Shown one piece after another: positions 41,257 to 52,029 of a stretch of DNA of 64,000 nucleotides. Every line of letters starts with the position of its first letter. Position 1 is the stretch's first letter. The position numbers were made by a program, and so were the translations under genes. The DNA is from an uncultured delta proteobacterium (GTDB lineage: Bacteria > Desulfobacterota > Desulfobacteria > Desulfobacterales > SG8-13): assembly GCA_963848135.1 (NCBI GenBank), contig CAWKCK010000004.1, positions 186,001 through 250,000 on the forward strand, in the 5' to 3' direction. The notes under the pieces are model-generated. The model was given only the letters and a program-made list of their open reading frames with translations, was not told the origin of the DNA and did not search any database.

Positions 41257-41991
41257 TAAAATCGCTCGCGATTTTATATAACGCGGCGGTGCCGCTAAAA
41301 GTAAGGTCAAAGGAAGGGAAGGGAATATTCAGGAATTGAGGGATTAGGGGATTTATCTCACACCCGCTCCCGTTGGTCGCTTGAGTGCGCCGAGGGCGCA
41401 GAGATATATGGGCCACAGACCCACGCAGACAAACACAGACGTTAGATAAATTTTCCTTTGCGCGCATTCACAAAGGAGAAACAGTCAACCCTGCAGGTGA
41501 AAAAACAAAAAAGACGGGTTTTTATCCCGCACAGCGAGTGGCCTGTTTTGGCCGGTCAATTTATCCTGAGCTTTGTCGAAGGAGTCGACCGGGCATAAAA
41601 TCTGTGCTGATCCGTGTGTGTCCGAGGCTGAAGGGTTGGGCCCCAATTACAAACTTAAGAGCTTTGCTTACTCAGCGTGCTCTGTGAGAGACAGGAAGAG
41701 GCTCAAAGGTCAAAGCTGAAAGGTCAAAGATGAAAGATTAATAGTTCAAAGTGCCTAAAGTGAACTAAAGTTTGAAAATAGGGCACAGATTTGCGCAGAT
41801 AGATACAGACAAAAGAAAGTGAGCTCAAAGCTGAAAGGTCAAAGCAATAGAAGCACGTTGGAGGTTAGAGGGTTGAGGTTGGAGGCAACCCGTAACACGC
41901 AACTCGTAACCCGCAACCCGTACTCTCAAAGCTGAAAGAAGAATAAATGATAGCATTCGGATTACACCAGTTGATGGCGATCGGAGGCTGC

Positions 41992-43193
41992 ATGCGGATG
42001 GCAACTAAAAAAATCTTCATCGGGCTGACGTTACTCTCCCTAGTTTTTGGCCGGCTAGCCAAGCCTTTGCCGACAGGCGGGAACTCGACGTTTTTCTTGG
42101 GGCCAGGGGGGAATACAACGACAACATCTTTTTCACCGCTGAAGACACGGTCGACGATTTCATCACGACGCTCTCCGGTGGGCTCAAATTTCTTAATCAG
42201 ACCGAGAGGACCGATCTTTACTTGTCAGGGATCGTGGAGCGGCTGATCTATGCCGACGAAAAAGACCTCGATAGCTGGGACCAGTACTACAAAGGCCGCT
42301 TCGGTTACAAGTTCACGGAACGGTTCGGCGCCAGGATTGACGCCGCCTACTCGAAAGACTCCCGGCCGGACCGTGATGTGGCCGCTTCCGGCCTGATCCT
42401 GAGTACAGTTCCCCGCCAGATCCAAAACTACGGGGCGGAGGTGGACTATGCTTTTACCGAGATCACCGCCTCGAACCTTTACTACCGGTACACCCGCCAG
42501 GATTTTGAACCGCGAGAGTTCGATGCATCTTTTCCCGATTACCGCGCCCACCGAGCCGGGCTGGGGTTTGTCCACCGGCTCGATCGATATCTGGCAAACA
42601 CTGCAGGTCGACTCAATTTCGGCTACAATTATTTCAAATACCCGGAAACCGGCACGGAGACCAAGGTGGTTATCGGCACCGTGGGGCTGGAATATGATCT
42701 AACCGAAAAATGGCAGCTGCTCATCGATGTCGGGCCGAATTACTATGATACGGAATTCAATGTATTGGGCCGCCAATTCAAATACAGCGCCTGGGGCGGG
42801 ACCGGCACGTTAAAGATCGGTTACACGGGTGAATACGTCGGTTCCAACTTGACCATTTATTACGGCATCGAGCCGGCCAGCGGCCGGGACGGGTCTGCCC
42901 AGCGTACATCCGGGATATTCGACATCTTCTACCGCTTTGCTGAGCGCGGCAGGACGGGGTTTGCAACCGGGTATTACATCAACAAAGCCAATTCAGGAGA
43001 ACTGGCCATTCTTCCCCTCGATGAGCATACGTTTAACATCAGACCCTGGTTGCGCTTCGACATCATCTTCGACAAACTTTACCTGGAAGCCTCCTACACT
43101 TACTCCCGTGTTGACGACCGAATCCGCGACAATGACCGGAGCCGCAATTTGGTTTGGCTGCAGTTAGGGTTTGATTGGCCGATTTTAGAATAA
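41992..43193 (+). pseudogene. Outer-membrane beta-barrel of the EPS system, frameshift in the signal-peptide region
   Basis: MRMATKKIFIG leader is out of frame with AFADRRELD...GEYNDNIF, which continues into ORF 42222..43193. Confidence 0.7.
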
Positions 43194-43235
43194 AAATATA
43201 AATTTTTAAGTAAAAAATTTATATAAGGAGATATA

Positions 43236-44807
43236 ATGGAACCGAACGAAATGGCGATGGACGACTATGTCGGTATCTTGAAACGACGTAAGTGGAGCCT
43301 GATACTGCCGATGATTATCGTCTTTCTGGCGGCAGCGGCTGTCGCCCTGCTGCTGCCACCGGTTTACAAGTCAACGGCGACGATCCTGATCGAGCAACAG
43401 GAAATCCCGGCCGAATTCGTGATGGCGTCGGTCACGAGTTATGCCGAGCAGCGATTGCAGTCGATTAACCAGCGGATCATGAGCTCTACCCGTCTCTTGG
43501 AGATTATCAACCGTTTCGGTCTTTATGCGTCACTGCGCGACAAGTGGACCACCGAAGAGATTGTGAACAAAATGCGTGAAGACACATTGATGGAACCGAT
43601 CAGCGCCGAGGTGATTGACCGGCGCAGCGGTCGGCCTGCAGAGGCTACAATTGCCTTTACGCTTTCCTACGAAGGCCAGGAAACACCTCAGAAGGTTCAG
43701 CAGGTGGCTAATGTGTTGACCTCACTGTTTCTCGACGAGAACCTTCAAGTGCGGGCGCGGCAGACCCGGGAAACCAGTGAATTCCTGGAAGATGAATTGA
43801 AAAGGGTCAGAGCCGATCTAGATGAGGACGAATCCCGTTTGGCCGCTTTCAAGGAAAAAAACATCAACACCCTGCCCGAATTGATGCAGGTGAACTTGCA
43901 GACTCTAAATAATCTTGAACGCAATATCGAACTCCTTCAGGAACAGCTCCGCAGCCAGAAGGAACGCGAAGGTCGACTCCAGGGGGAATTGGCCAACGTG
44001 TCGCCGGAACTGGAGGCTGCTCAAAAAGACCGAGTACGCCTGGAGGAACTAAAAGTCGAGCTCGTTTACTTGAAGAGCCGATTTACCGACGAGTATCCGG
44101 ATGTGCGCAAGGCCGAAGCGGAAATTGCCAAGCTCCAACGTCAACTGGACAACGGCCGTAGCGGTTCAGGAAAGACCAAACCGGACAACCCGGCTTACAT
44201 CACCATGGCCTCCCAGCTTTCGAGTACCCGGGCAGAAATCAGATCGATCCAGACACAGATCCGAAACATGAACACCAAGGCTGAAACCTATCGACGATAT
44301 ATCGAGACAACACCCAAGGTCGAGGAAACTTACAATGCCCTTCTGTCCGAGCGCGACAACACCAAGGCCAAACACGACGATTTGATGCAGAAGCTGATGG
44401 AGGCCCGTGTATCCCAGGGACTGGAAACCGAGCAGAAGGGTGAACGATTTACCTTGATCGATCCAGCCCGATTGCCCGAGAAACCCTTCAAGCCCAACCG
44501 GTTGGCGATCCTTCTCATCGGTGTGGTTTTGGGCATCGGCGCCGGGGTCGGTTTTGCTGCTCTGCGGGAGTTCAGTGACACATCGATCCGCAGCATCGAA
44601 CATCTGAGCAAAGCCACCGCTTATCCGGTTCTGGCCACCATTCCATTGATCGTGACGGCCGCGGATACGGCGCGGCAAAGAGTGAAAAAATTTGCCTGGG
44701 TGGCCGGGATCGTTCTATTGGTGATTGGCAGTGTCACTGTTTTTCACTTCCAGGTCATGGATTTGAATGTTTTTTGGGCCAAGTTGATGCGCAAGATGGC
44801 CATATAA
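43236..44807 (+). CDS. Polysaccharide chain-length determinant (GumC/Wzc N-terminal part)
   Basis: LKRRKW, P.YKSTATIL, coiled coil, IDPARLPEKP..PNR, TM. Confidence 0.9.
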   Translation: MEPNEMAMDDYVGILKRRKWSLILPMIIVFLAAAAVALLLPPVYKSTATILIEQQEIPAEFVMASVTSYAEQRLQSINQRIMSSTRLLEIINRFGLYASLRDKWTTEEIVNKMREDTLMEPISAEVIDRRSGRPAEATIAFTLSYEGQETPQKVQQVANVLTSLFLDENLQVRARQTRETSEFLEDELKRVRADLDEDESRLAAFKEKNINTLPELMQVNLQTLNNLERNIELLQEQLRSQKEREGRLQGELANVSPELEAAQKDRVRLEELKVELVYLKSRFTDEYPDVRKAEAEIAKLQRQLDNGRSGSGKTKPDNPAYITMASQLSSTRAEIRSIQTQIRNMNTKAETYRRYIETTPKVEETYNALLSERDNTKAKHDDLMQKLMEARVSQGLETEQKGERFTLIDPARLPEKPFKPNRLAILLIGVVLGIGAGVGFAALREFSDTSIRSIEHLSKATAYPVLATIPLIVTAADTARQRVKKFAWVAGIVLLVIGSVTVFHFQVMDLNVFWAKLMRKMAI

Positions 44808-44809
44808 AA

Positions 44810-44932
44810 ATGACTTTGTAAAAAGCCCAATTTCAGTGTTGCGCATCATCTCACATCCCCTGCGGCGTACCTTGAGTACGCCTCGTATCGTAAGAATCGC
44901 GCGCCTTGAACTTGAACTTTTTACTTTGTCAT
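44810..44932. repeat. MITE-like palindromic element
   Basis: ATGACTTTGTAAAAAG / CTTTTTACTTTGTCAT ends. Confidence 0.65.
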
Positions 44933-44981
44933 TCAGTTCGATATGAAGCTATTTTAGAAAGAAAATTGCGAAGGGATACCG

Positions 44982-45827
44982 ATGAAATTACAAAAGGCGA
45001 TCGACAAAGCCAGAATGAAGCCGACAACATCCTTGTCGGGGGAACCCGTTAAGGCCATAAAAGCGCGGCCGGTTGTCAAGCCGGAAGAGAAGGGAAAACC
45101 GCCGGTGTATAGCGATTCGGCAGCGGTTTCGCTCAATGAGGCGCTTGTCCAGGAGAACCGCTGTGTCTGCCTGTCGCCCGATGCACCCGAACTCGATTTT
45201 TACAAGGTCCTGCGGACACAGATTGTGCACCGCAGCAAGGAAAAGGGATGGAATACCATCATGGTCACCAGTACCCGGCCTGGCGAGGGCAAGACTTTGA
45301 CATCGATCAACCTGGCCCTGACCTTTGCCAAGGCATACGGGCAGACCGTTTTGCTGGTCGATTGCGATTTGCGCCAGCAGAAAATCCACACCTATCTTGG
45401 GCTCAACAGTGACAAGGGGATTGCCGACTACCTTCTGAACGACCGTCCACTCAAAGACCTCATCCTGTGGCCGAAGGTGGAGAAACTGACCCTGATCTCC
45501 GGTGGGGACACCATAATCGAGAGTGCGGAGTTGCTTGGATCACAGCGCATGAAAGATCTGGTGGCGGAGATGAAGAGCCGTTACAGCGATCGTTATGTGA
45601 TTTTCGATTCGCCGCCGCTTCTCAGTGGAGCCGATGCCCTGACTTTTTCGCAGCTGGTCGACGCCGTAATCATGGTGGTCGAGGAGGGCAAAACACCGTT
45701 AAAAGAAATCGAAAAAGCCGTGGAACTCATTCCCAAAGAAAAATTCATGGGTTTTGTACTCAACAAGTCGCATATATCCAAAAAAGGATATTATTATCAT
45801 AACTACTATAAGGGAGACGCAAAATAG
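44982..45827 (+). CDS. BY-kinase (polysaccharide tyrosine autokinase)
   Basis: GEGKT, LLVDCDLR, IFDSPP, Tyr-rich tail. Confidence 0.9.
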   Translation: MKLQKAIDKARMKPTTSLSGEPVKAIKARPVVKPEEKGKPPVYSDSAAVSLNEALVQENRCVCLSPDAPELDFYKVLRTQIVHRSKEKGWNTIMVTSTRPGEGKTLTSINLALTFAKAYGQTVLLVDCDLRQQKIHTYLGLNSDKGIADYLLNDRPLKDLILWPKVEKLTLISGGDTIIESAELLGSQRMKDLVAEMKSRYSDRYVIFDSPPLLSGADALTFSQLVDAVIMVVEEGKTPLKEIEKAVELIPKEKFMGFVLNKSHISKKGYYYHNYYKGDAK

Positions 45828-45936
45828 GTAAGCATTCACAGGGCACCGCATCTGCTTTGTTGTCGGGCACTTGAAGTACAAAAGTACGTCTGCGCGCCCG
45901 ACGCCTTGCATCTGCGGCACCCTGTAAACGCTTACT
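45828..45936. repeat. MITE-like palindromic element
   Basis: GTAAGCATTCACAGG / CCTGTAAACGCTTAC. Confidence 0.7.
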
Positions 45937-46159
45937 ATTCTGTGGTCTTAAGCACATTCGATGTTGCAACCCTGTGACCCCATACCAAAATAGATATAGT
46001 GGTTGTCAAAAAAACGAACTATTTTTCGAACGGTTTTTTCTACAACCACTGATTCCCCCCTTTTATTATTTGAGTTTGGATAGAGCGGAATGCGACATCC
46101 ACCCCTGAAAAGCATTTCGATAAGATAACCGGCCGAAGAGCCGGGCACAGAACCTGATA

Positions 46160-46205
46160 AAAATGGCATTTCACCGTAACAAATTGGTGAGATGCCATTT
46201 TTTTT
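46160..46205 (+). terminator. Intrinsic terminator-like hairpin
   Basis: AAAATGGCATTTCACC...GGTGAGATGCCATTTTTTTTT. Confidence 0.55.
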
Positions 46206-46269
46206 GGCGGCATTTAAACCCAAACAGCCTTCGACATTCTATGATTGGGGTACCCCGTTTGAGATTTTA

Positions 46270-46595
46270 GGATCGTCTCCAATAAAGTTGGTGGTTTTTG
46301 CGGACAAATAATTCATATCTTATTGAGATAAATATATAAATTAACCGCAGACGCACGCTGACATAACACAGAAAAACCCTTTTACCCGGGCGACTTTCCC
46401 GGGTAAAAAGGGCATGCCTCTCAGGCAGAAAATCAGATGGCCTCGCGCAGCGACTGCTTGTTTTGCCTCCGCAGGTCGCGGAGGCAAAAGTCTGTGTCTG
46501 TCAGCGTCTGTCGAGCGAGCGAAGTGAGCGGGTGGCCAATATAAAAACGCTATGATCCATGCATGAGCTTCGCATCAATTTACACCAACTAATCC
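46270..46595 (+). repeat. Repeat C (~330 bp), copy 1
   Basis: Near-identical to 46962..47299. Confidence 0.9.
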
Positions 46596-46961
46596 TCCAG
46601 CTTCATTTACGGATATTGACTTCATGAAATCTACGTCGTCATTCGTTAAACGGCAGTTTCATTACTTTTAACTACAAAGTTATACATTAATAATAAAAAC
46701 AAGTATTTGACAAGTATTTATTTCTAAAAGTTATTGACAATTTCATTGCTGTCAGCATAGGGGTTAAGACATCTTTCTTCTGATTCCGGGAATGCTGACA
46801 TTCTAATTGTTGTTCTGTATACAGACGTGTGGATAACTCTCGATTTCGGCGGCTCTCACGATGCAGCAGACAAAGGATCATCGACTTCAGTCCTATACGG
46901 TTGATTTAAACCGGTTAGCGGTTGCCTTAATCGGCGTAACGCTAACCGGTTTTTAATTTAA

Positions 46962-47299
46962 GGACCATCTCCAAAAAAGTTGGTGTTTTTTGCGGGTTTA
47001 TTATTCATATCTTATTAAGATAAAAGTATTAATTAACCGCAGACGCACGCAGACGTAAACGCAGACAAAACCTTTTACCCGGGCGACTTACCCGGGTAAA
47101 AGGTGCATGCCTTTCAGGCAGAAAATCAGATGGCCTCGCGCAGCGACTGCTTGTTTTGCCTCCGCAGGTCGCGGAGGCAAAAGTCTGTGTCCGTCAGCGT
47201 CTGTCGAGCGAGCGAAGTGAGCGGGTGGCCAATTTAAGAACGCTATGATCCATGCATGAGCTTTGCATCAATTTACACCAACTAAATCGGAGAAGAACC
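46962..47299 (+). repeat. Repeat C, copy 2 (MITE-like)
   Basis: Imperfect TIR GGACCATCTCC....AGTTGGTGT / ACACCAACT....GGAGAAGAACC. Confidence 0.9.
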
Positions 47300-47309
47300 T
47301 AATTTAATA

Positions 47310-47470
47310 AGGTGTTGAAAAAAGTCATAAGCGCCAGCAAAACAAGGCAAAATCCGACAAAAAAGCGGGGTTTAAGTGTGATAAATGAGCATTTTCGCTG
47401 AAGCGGAGGTAGGGTCCGGTTCAGCCATTATCGCCGTATTGTCAAGCGCAATCGTTTTTCAACTGCCTGT
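47310..47470. repeat. MITE-like repeat D
   Basis: Inverted paralogue at ~62325..62487. Confidence 0.75.
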
Positions 47471-47533
47471 TAAACGTAGCAGAATAGCTTTTCGACTGCC
47501 TGTTAAGCAATTCTGAGAACCACAGAGGAAAGA

Positions 47534-50500
47534 GTGATGTTTAGAAAGGGTACACCCTGGGTTGCCATTTTTTATACCATTCTCCTCGCTTCTTCACTTT
47601 TCTACATAAATCCCTCCAATTCCGACAATTTCGATATATCTGAACCACTGCCGGGCACTGATGGTAGCTTTCCAAACGGTGGCACTGTCGTGTTATCGGG
47701 TGCATCGACAGCACCGAACCCATGTGCGGCTGACTTTAAGCGCGATGGCGATGTCGATGGAGCGGACTTGGCCATTTTCGCCTTCAGCCTGGCGACCAAT
47801 TGCTTCACTGGGCCCGATTGCGGTGGTGATTTCGATTCAGACGGCGATATCGACACGTCCGATTTTAACGTCTTTTTTTCCAGCTATGGTAAATCTGACT
47901 GTCCTCCGGGGGCTCCCGAGGACCTCGAACTTGGTTTGCTTTTTAATGAACAAAATGGCGGAGGCGGCCTTGTCGCTGAAACCGTGAGAATCATTAACGG
48001 AAATGCTCTCGAGAAACGGACAGACATCAACTTTGCATCCCCCAACAGCAGAGGGCTTTCTTTCGCAGCTGTTTACAATAGCCGATCGAATTCTCTCGGG
48101 TCTTCGGGCTACGGGTGGCATCACTCTTATTCGCTTGCGCTTGAGTCGAATTTTAACTTTTTGGGGCAGTTTTACCTCAAGGTTGTCGATGAGTCCGGGC
48201 GGGCGGCTTATTTTATCGAAGACTCCCCAGGGTCATACAAAGGCGCGTTCAACGAAAAGACGCGCATCGAATTCATTCCTGATGAATATATATGGTACCG
48301 CCTGGACGGCACCCAGTGCGGATTTTCTGCCGATGGGCGACTGATCTGGCTCGCTGACGAAAAAGGCAACCGTCTGAATCTATCGTATGACTCCGGGGAT
48401 TTGCTCGAAACGGTAACAGACACTGCCAGTGGGCGTGTTCTGACGTTCAGTTACAATGCCGAGGGTTTGATTGCCGAACTCATCGGTCCGGTGACAGATG
48501 GTGTGGCTGACGGGGTTTGGGCCCGCTTTGATTACGATGGTGATTCGAACCTGATTAGCGTTACCTATGCCGACGGATCCGGTATTGAATACGCCTATGC
48601 CGATGTCAACGATCCACATAACCTCACCGAGAAACGCAACACGGCCGGTCATCTGATTTCCACCTGGGGCTATGATGATCAGGATCGCTGTATCGCCAAC
48701 TTCAGCCGCTTCGGCAAAGAGGTGACTCTTGCCTATCCCGATGACACCCATGTGGCGGTGACCGATGCTTACGGGATTCTGAGAACCTATACAATCGGCG
48801 ATGTTGGCGGCAGAAGGCGCCTTTTTGCCATGGCAGGCCCTGCCTTGCCCCCTTACAGCAGGGAGAATGCCGTTCGCTGGGAATATGATTCGCAATTGAA
48901 TCTCGCTGAAGTCGAATACGGTGGCGGGACCGTGCGTCAGTTCCGGGCGTACGACCAACGGGGTAATCCGGGAGCGATCATTTGGGCGGCCGGTACATCG
49001 GTGGAACGCACGATTAACTACACCTATCACCCGGAAATGAACTCTTTTCTCAGCCGAAACGAAACAAGTGTGCTCGGGGAAGGGGACAAGGAAATCGTAT
49101 GGGACTACGATGATGACGGCAATAACATACCCAACGAAAACCCGGCTCGAACGGTTACACGTATCATAGAAAAAGGCTTTACCCATGACGGGAACGGTAA
49201 TGTCGTTTCTTTCGAATATGTCACGGCTTTGACTTACAATTCGGCGGGACAGCTGCTCGGTATCGATGGGCCAAGGCCTGGACCGGGCGATACGATGACT
49301 TTTTCATACCATATCGACAGCGGCAATCTCCTATCAATCAACCAGCCGCTTATCGGCGCGACCATGTATTCGAATTACGATACCGCCGGGCAGGTAGGAA
49401 CAATCACCGATGTCAACGGCCAGGCTGATCATTTCGTCTACGATGGCCGTGGACGAACGATCACCGTAATACATGAAACGGATAGCAGCACCAACCGGGT
49501 GGTCTTCAACACGGGCGGCCAGCCCTATTTATTCACCGATGAGGATGGCGTCAGCCGCGAATTCGAGTACGATGCTATATATGGTCGCCTGACGCGGAAA
49601 TTCGATATGGACGATAATTTTATCGCCTATACTTACGATACTCAGGGCAACCTCATCGAGCAGGGAAAACACGATGCCTCCGGAGCGCGCACTTCCCGTA
49701 AACGATGGAACTATCAGCATCCGGGCTTTCCGGGGCGACTTTGGAAGGAAATCAAATCCGACGACAGTTTCACCGAATACACTTACGATGATGCCGGCAA
49801 CGTGACTGCAGTCAAAGATCCGGAAAACCACACGACTTTATACGCTTACGATGCATTGGGACGAATGACCGATATATTCAGACCGGACAACTCTTCTGTC
49901 GGATATGGATTCGATGCCCATGGCAATCTGAACGCCTTTGTCGATGGTATTGGCTCTGTAACGACATTTATATACGACGACATGGGACGGGTGGTGACGT
50001 ATGCCTCACCGGATACTGGTGTAACGTCCTACGTCTATGACGCGGCTGGCAACTTGATCCAAAAAACCGATGCCAAGGGCATCATTGTGCAATACGCGTA
50101 TGACGAACTCAATCGACTGGTCACTGCCAGCTTCCCGGATGCTGCCCAGAATATCAATTACTCTTATGATGCCGATCTTTTTGGCGCAGGGCGGCTCACC
50201 GGGATAGTGGATGAATCCGGCAACACTACTTTCGAATACGACAATCGGGGGCGTCTGGTCGCGAAGAGCAGCACCGTTGAAAACGTCCCTTATCCATTGA
50301 ATCGCACTTTTTCGCCCGGCGGCAGGCTGCTTGCAATGGTGTATCCCTCCGGCAGAAGAATCGATATCGCTCACTATCCTAACGGTCGCGCTCAAAGTGT
50401 TTCAACGACACTCGACGGGTCGACGGTCGCACTGGTCGACAATCTCGTTTACCAACCCTTCGGCCGGCCTCGGTCTTTGACAAGCGGATCTGGCGGAACA

Positions 50501-51892
50501 GTGAATACACATTCCGGCGACTGCGAATGTATGACTGTTTCCAACCCCGGAACACCGATGGAGAAGGTTTATACCTACGATGCCAATCGTAACCTCAAAT
50601 CTATTAGAGGGACAAGCACGCCCTGGGTCGACCAGGACTATACTTACGATGCTCTGGGGCGCTTGATCGGCACTGTCGGCCCCTACGGGACGTACAATTA
50701 CACCTATGACGACGCCGGCAACCGGTTAACCAAATCGGCAAACAACTTGCTCGAAACCTATACCTATGTTCCGGGCACGAACCAGCTCAGCTCCCGTGTC
50801 AATGACGAAAATACCACCAGCTATGGTTACGACGCCAACGGTAACCTGACGGTTGCCGGCAGTTCTACGCTGTTTTACAACCAGAACAATCGATTGATTC
50901 GCGTGGACGAGGAGTCGACAACCAAGGGTGAATACGTGTATAATGCACTAGGACAACGAATTTCAAAGTCACAGGGCGAGACGGTGACCGTATTCCACTA
51001 TGACTTTGACGGCAACATCATCGCAGAGGGCGAGCCGGACGGCACCATCGATTGGGATTACCTTTACATAGGCGGCAGCCGCACGGCAATGGTGGATAAT
51101 AGCAGCGGGACTTTTTATTATTATTTAAATGATCATTTGGGGACACCCCTGATGATCACCAATGCCACTAATACGATTGTATGGGAAGCGACAAACAAGC
51201 CCTTCGGTGAAGCGACGGTAAACCCGAAATCCACACCGCAGAACAATTTCAGGTTTCCCGGCCAGTATTATGACCAGGAGACAGGACTGCACTATAATTA
51301 TCATCGGTACTATGATCCGAAGATTGGGAGGTATCTCAGGGCGGATCCGGTTGGGTTGGCGGGAGGGATGAATTTATTTGCCTATGTGAAAAATAATCCG
51401 ATTAATAATTATGATCTTTTGGGGCTTATAGTTCAGATCCATTCGAGAAGTGTTATTGGAACGAAAGGCGCAGGGGCCCATACCTATATTAGAATTACAG
51501 ACAGAGTTGGAAATACAACTACATATGGTAGTTACCAAAACAAATATGATTTAAATGTAGTAAGAAAAAACCATCCAACTGACCACGGACCCGAACGGTT
51601 GCCTGTAACAAGTTCAATCACTGTTCCTCCTCCAGCAGGAATGACATCTTACGAATGGGACGAAGCAGTTATTCTCGCTGCTGAAAATAGACGAATGACC
51701 CAAATACAATTATACAAAATCTTCGGTGGAGATGGTGGTGATATAAGCGGTAATTGCCACACAACTACGAGAGGCATAATCAGAGATGCTGGTGGTTTTA
51801 TCCCACCAGATTTTGATCCTCCTGGTTTGAATCCGGGCCTTTATCCTAACCAAAAAACCTTTTTAGATCAGGGGCTGTTAGATTATTGGTAG
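47534..51892 (+). CDS. Rhs/YD-repeat polymorphic toxin with signal peptide and dockerin-like N-terminus
   Basis: YD repeats, RFPGQYYDQETGLHYNYHRYYDP..GRY..DP.G, NP....D..GL. Confidence 0.92.
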   Translation: MMFRKGTPWVAIFYTILLASSLFYINPSNSDNFDISEPLPGTDGSFPNGGTVVLSGASTAPNPCAADFKRDGDVDGADLAIFAFSLATNCFTGPDCGGDFDSDGDIDTSDFNVFFSSYGKSDCPPGAPEDLELGLLFNEQNGGGGLVAETVRIINGNALEKRTDINFASPNSRGLSFAAVYNSRSNSLGSSGYGWHHSYSLALESNFNFLGQFYLKVVDESGRAAYFIEDSPGSYKGAFNEKTRIEFIPDEYIWYRLDGTQCGFSADGRLIWLADEKGNRLNLSYDSGDLLETVTDTASGRVLTFSYNAEGLIAELIGPVTDGVADGVWARFDYDGDSNLISVTYADGSGIEYAYADVNDPHNLTEKRNTAGHLISTWGYDDQDRCIANFSRFGKEVTLAYPDDTHVAVTDAYGILRTYTIGDVGGRRRLFAMAGPALPPYSRENAVRWEYDSQLNLAEVEYGGGTVRQFRAYDQRGNPGAIIWAAGTSVERTINYTYHPEMNSFLSRNETSVLGEGDKEIVWDYDDDGNNIPNENPARTVTRIIEKGFTHDGNGNVVSFEYVTALTYNSAGQLLGIDGPRPGPGDTMTFSYHIDSGNLLSINQPLIGATMYSNYDTAGQVGTITDVNGQADHFVYDGRGRTITVIHETDSSTNRVVFNTGGQPYLFTDEDGVSREFEYDAIYGRLTRKFDMDDNFIAYTYDTQGNLIEQGKHDASGARTSRKRWNYQHPGFPGRLWKEIKSDDSFTEYTYDDAGNVTAVKDPENHTTLYAYDALGRMTDIFRPDNSSVGYGFDAHGNLNAFVDGIGSVTTFIYDDMGRVVTYASPDTGVTSYVYDAAGNLIQKTDAKGIIVQYAYDELNRLVTASFPDAAQNINYSYDADLFGAGRLTGIVDESGNTTFEYDNRGRLVAKSSTVENVPYPLNRTFSPGGRLLAMVYPSGRRIDIAHYPNGRAQSVSTTLDGSTVALVDNLVYQPFGRPRSLTSGSGGTVNTHSGDCECMTVSNPGTPMEKVYTYDANRNLKSIRGTSTPWVDQDYTYDALGRLIGTVGPYGTYNYTYDDAGNRLTKSANNLLETYTYVPGTNQLSSRVNDENTTSYGYDANGNLTVAGSSTLFYNQNNRLIRVDEESTTKGEYVYNALGQRISKSQGETVTVFHYDFDGNIIAEGEPDGTIDWDYLYIGGSRTAMVDNSSGTFYYYLNDHLGTPLMITNATNTIVWEATNKPFGEATVNPKSTPQNNFRFPGQYYDQETGLHYNYHRYYDPKIGRYLRADPVGLAGGMNLFAYVKNNPINNYDLLGLIVQIHSRSVIGTKGAGAHTYIRITDRVGNTTTYGSYQNKYDLNVVRKNHPTDHGPERLPVTSSITVPPPAGMTSYEWDEAVILAAENRRMTQIQLYKIFGGDGGDISGNCHTTTRGIIRDAGGFIPPDFDPPGLNPGLYPNQKTFLDQGLLDYW

Positions 51893-52029
51893 ACAATTAA
51901 CTTTTGTTAGATATGGAACTCCCCGCGGTTTGCCGCGGGGAGTTTTGACCCTAATACAGATCAAATTTGCAATTTAACGGTAACTTATTTGCTATTTTTA
52001 ATTGCTACAGTAGTCATAGGAATTTTGTT

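Noticed and set aside
51915..51947. Hairpin AACTCCCCGCGG-TTTG-CCGCGGGGAGTT and a related one at ~56103-56156 as an IS200/IS605 element
   Set aside because: Resembles such ends or a terminator, but there is no tnpA/tnpB and I cannot discriminate between the two.
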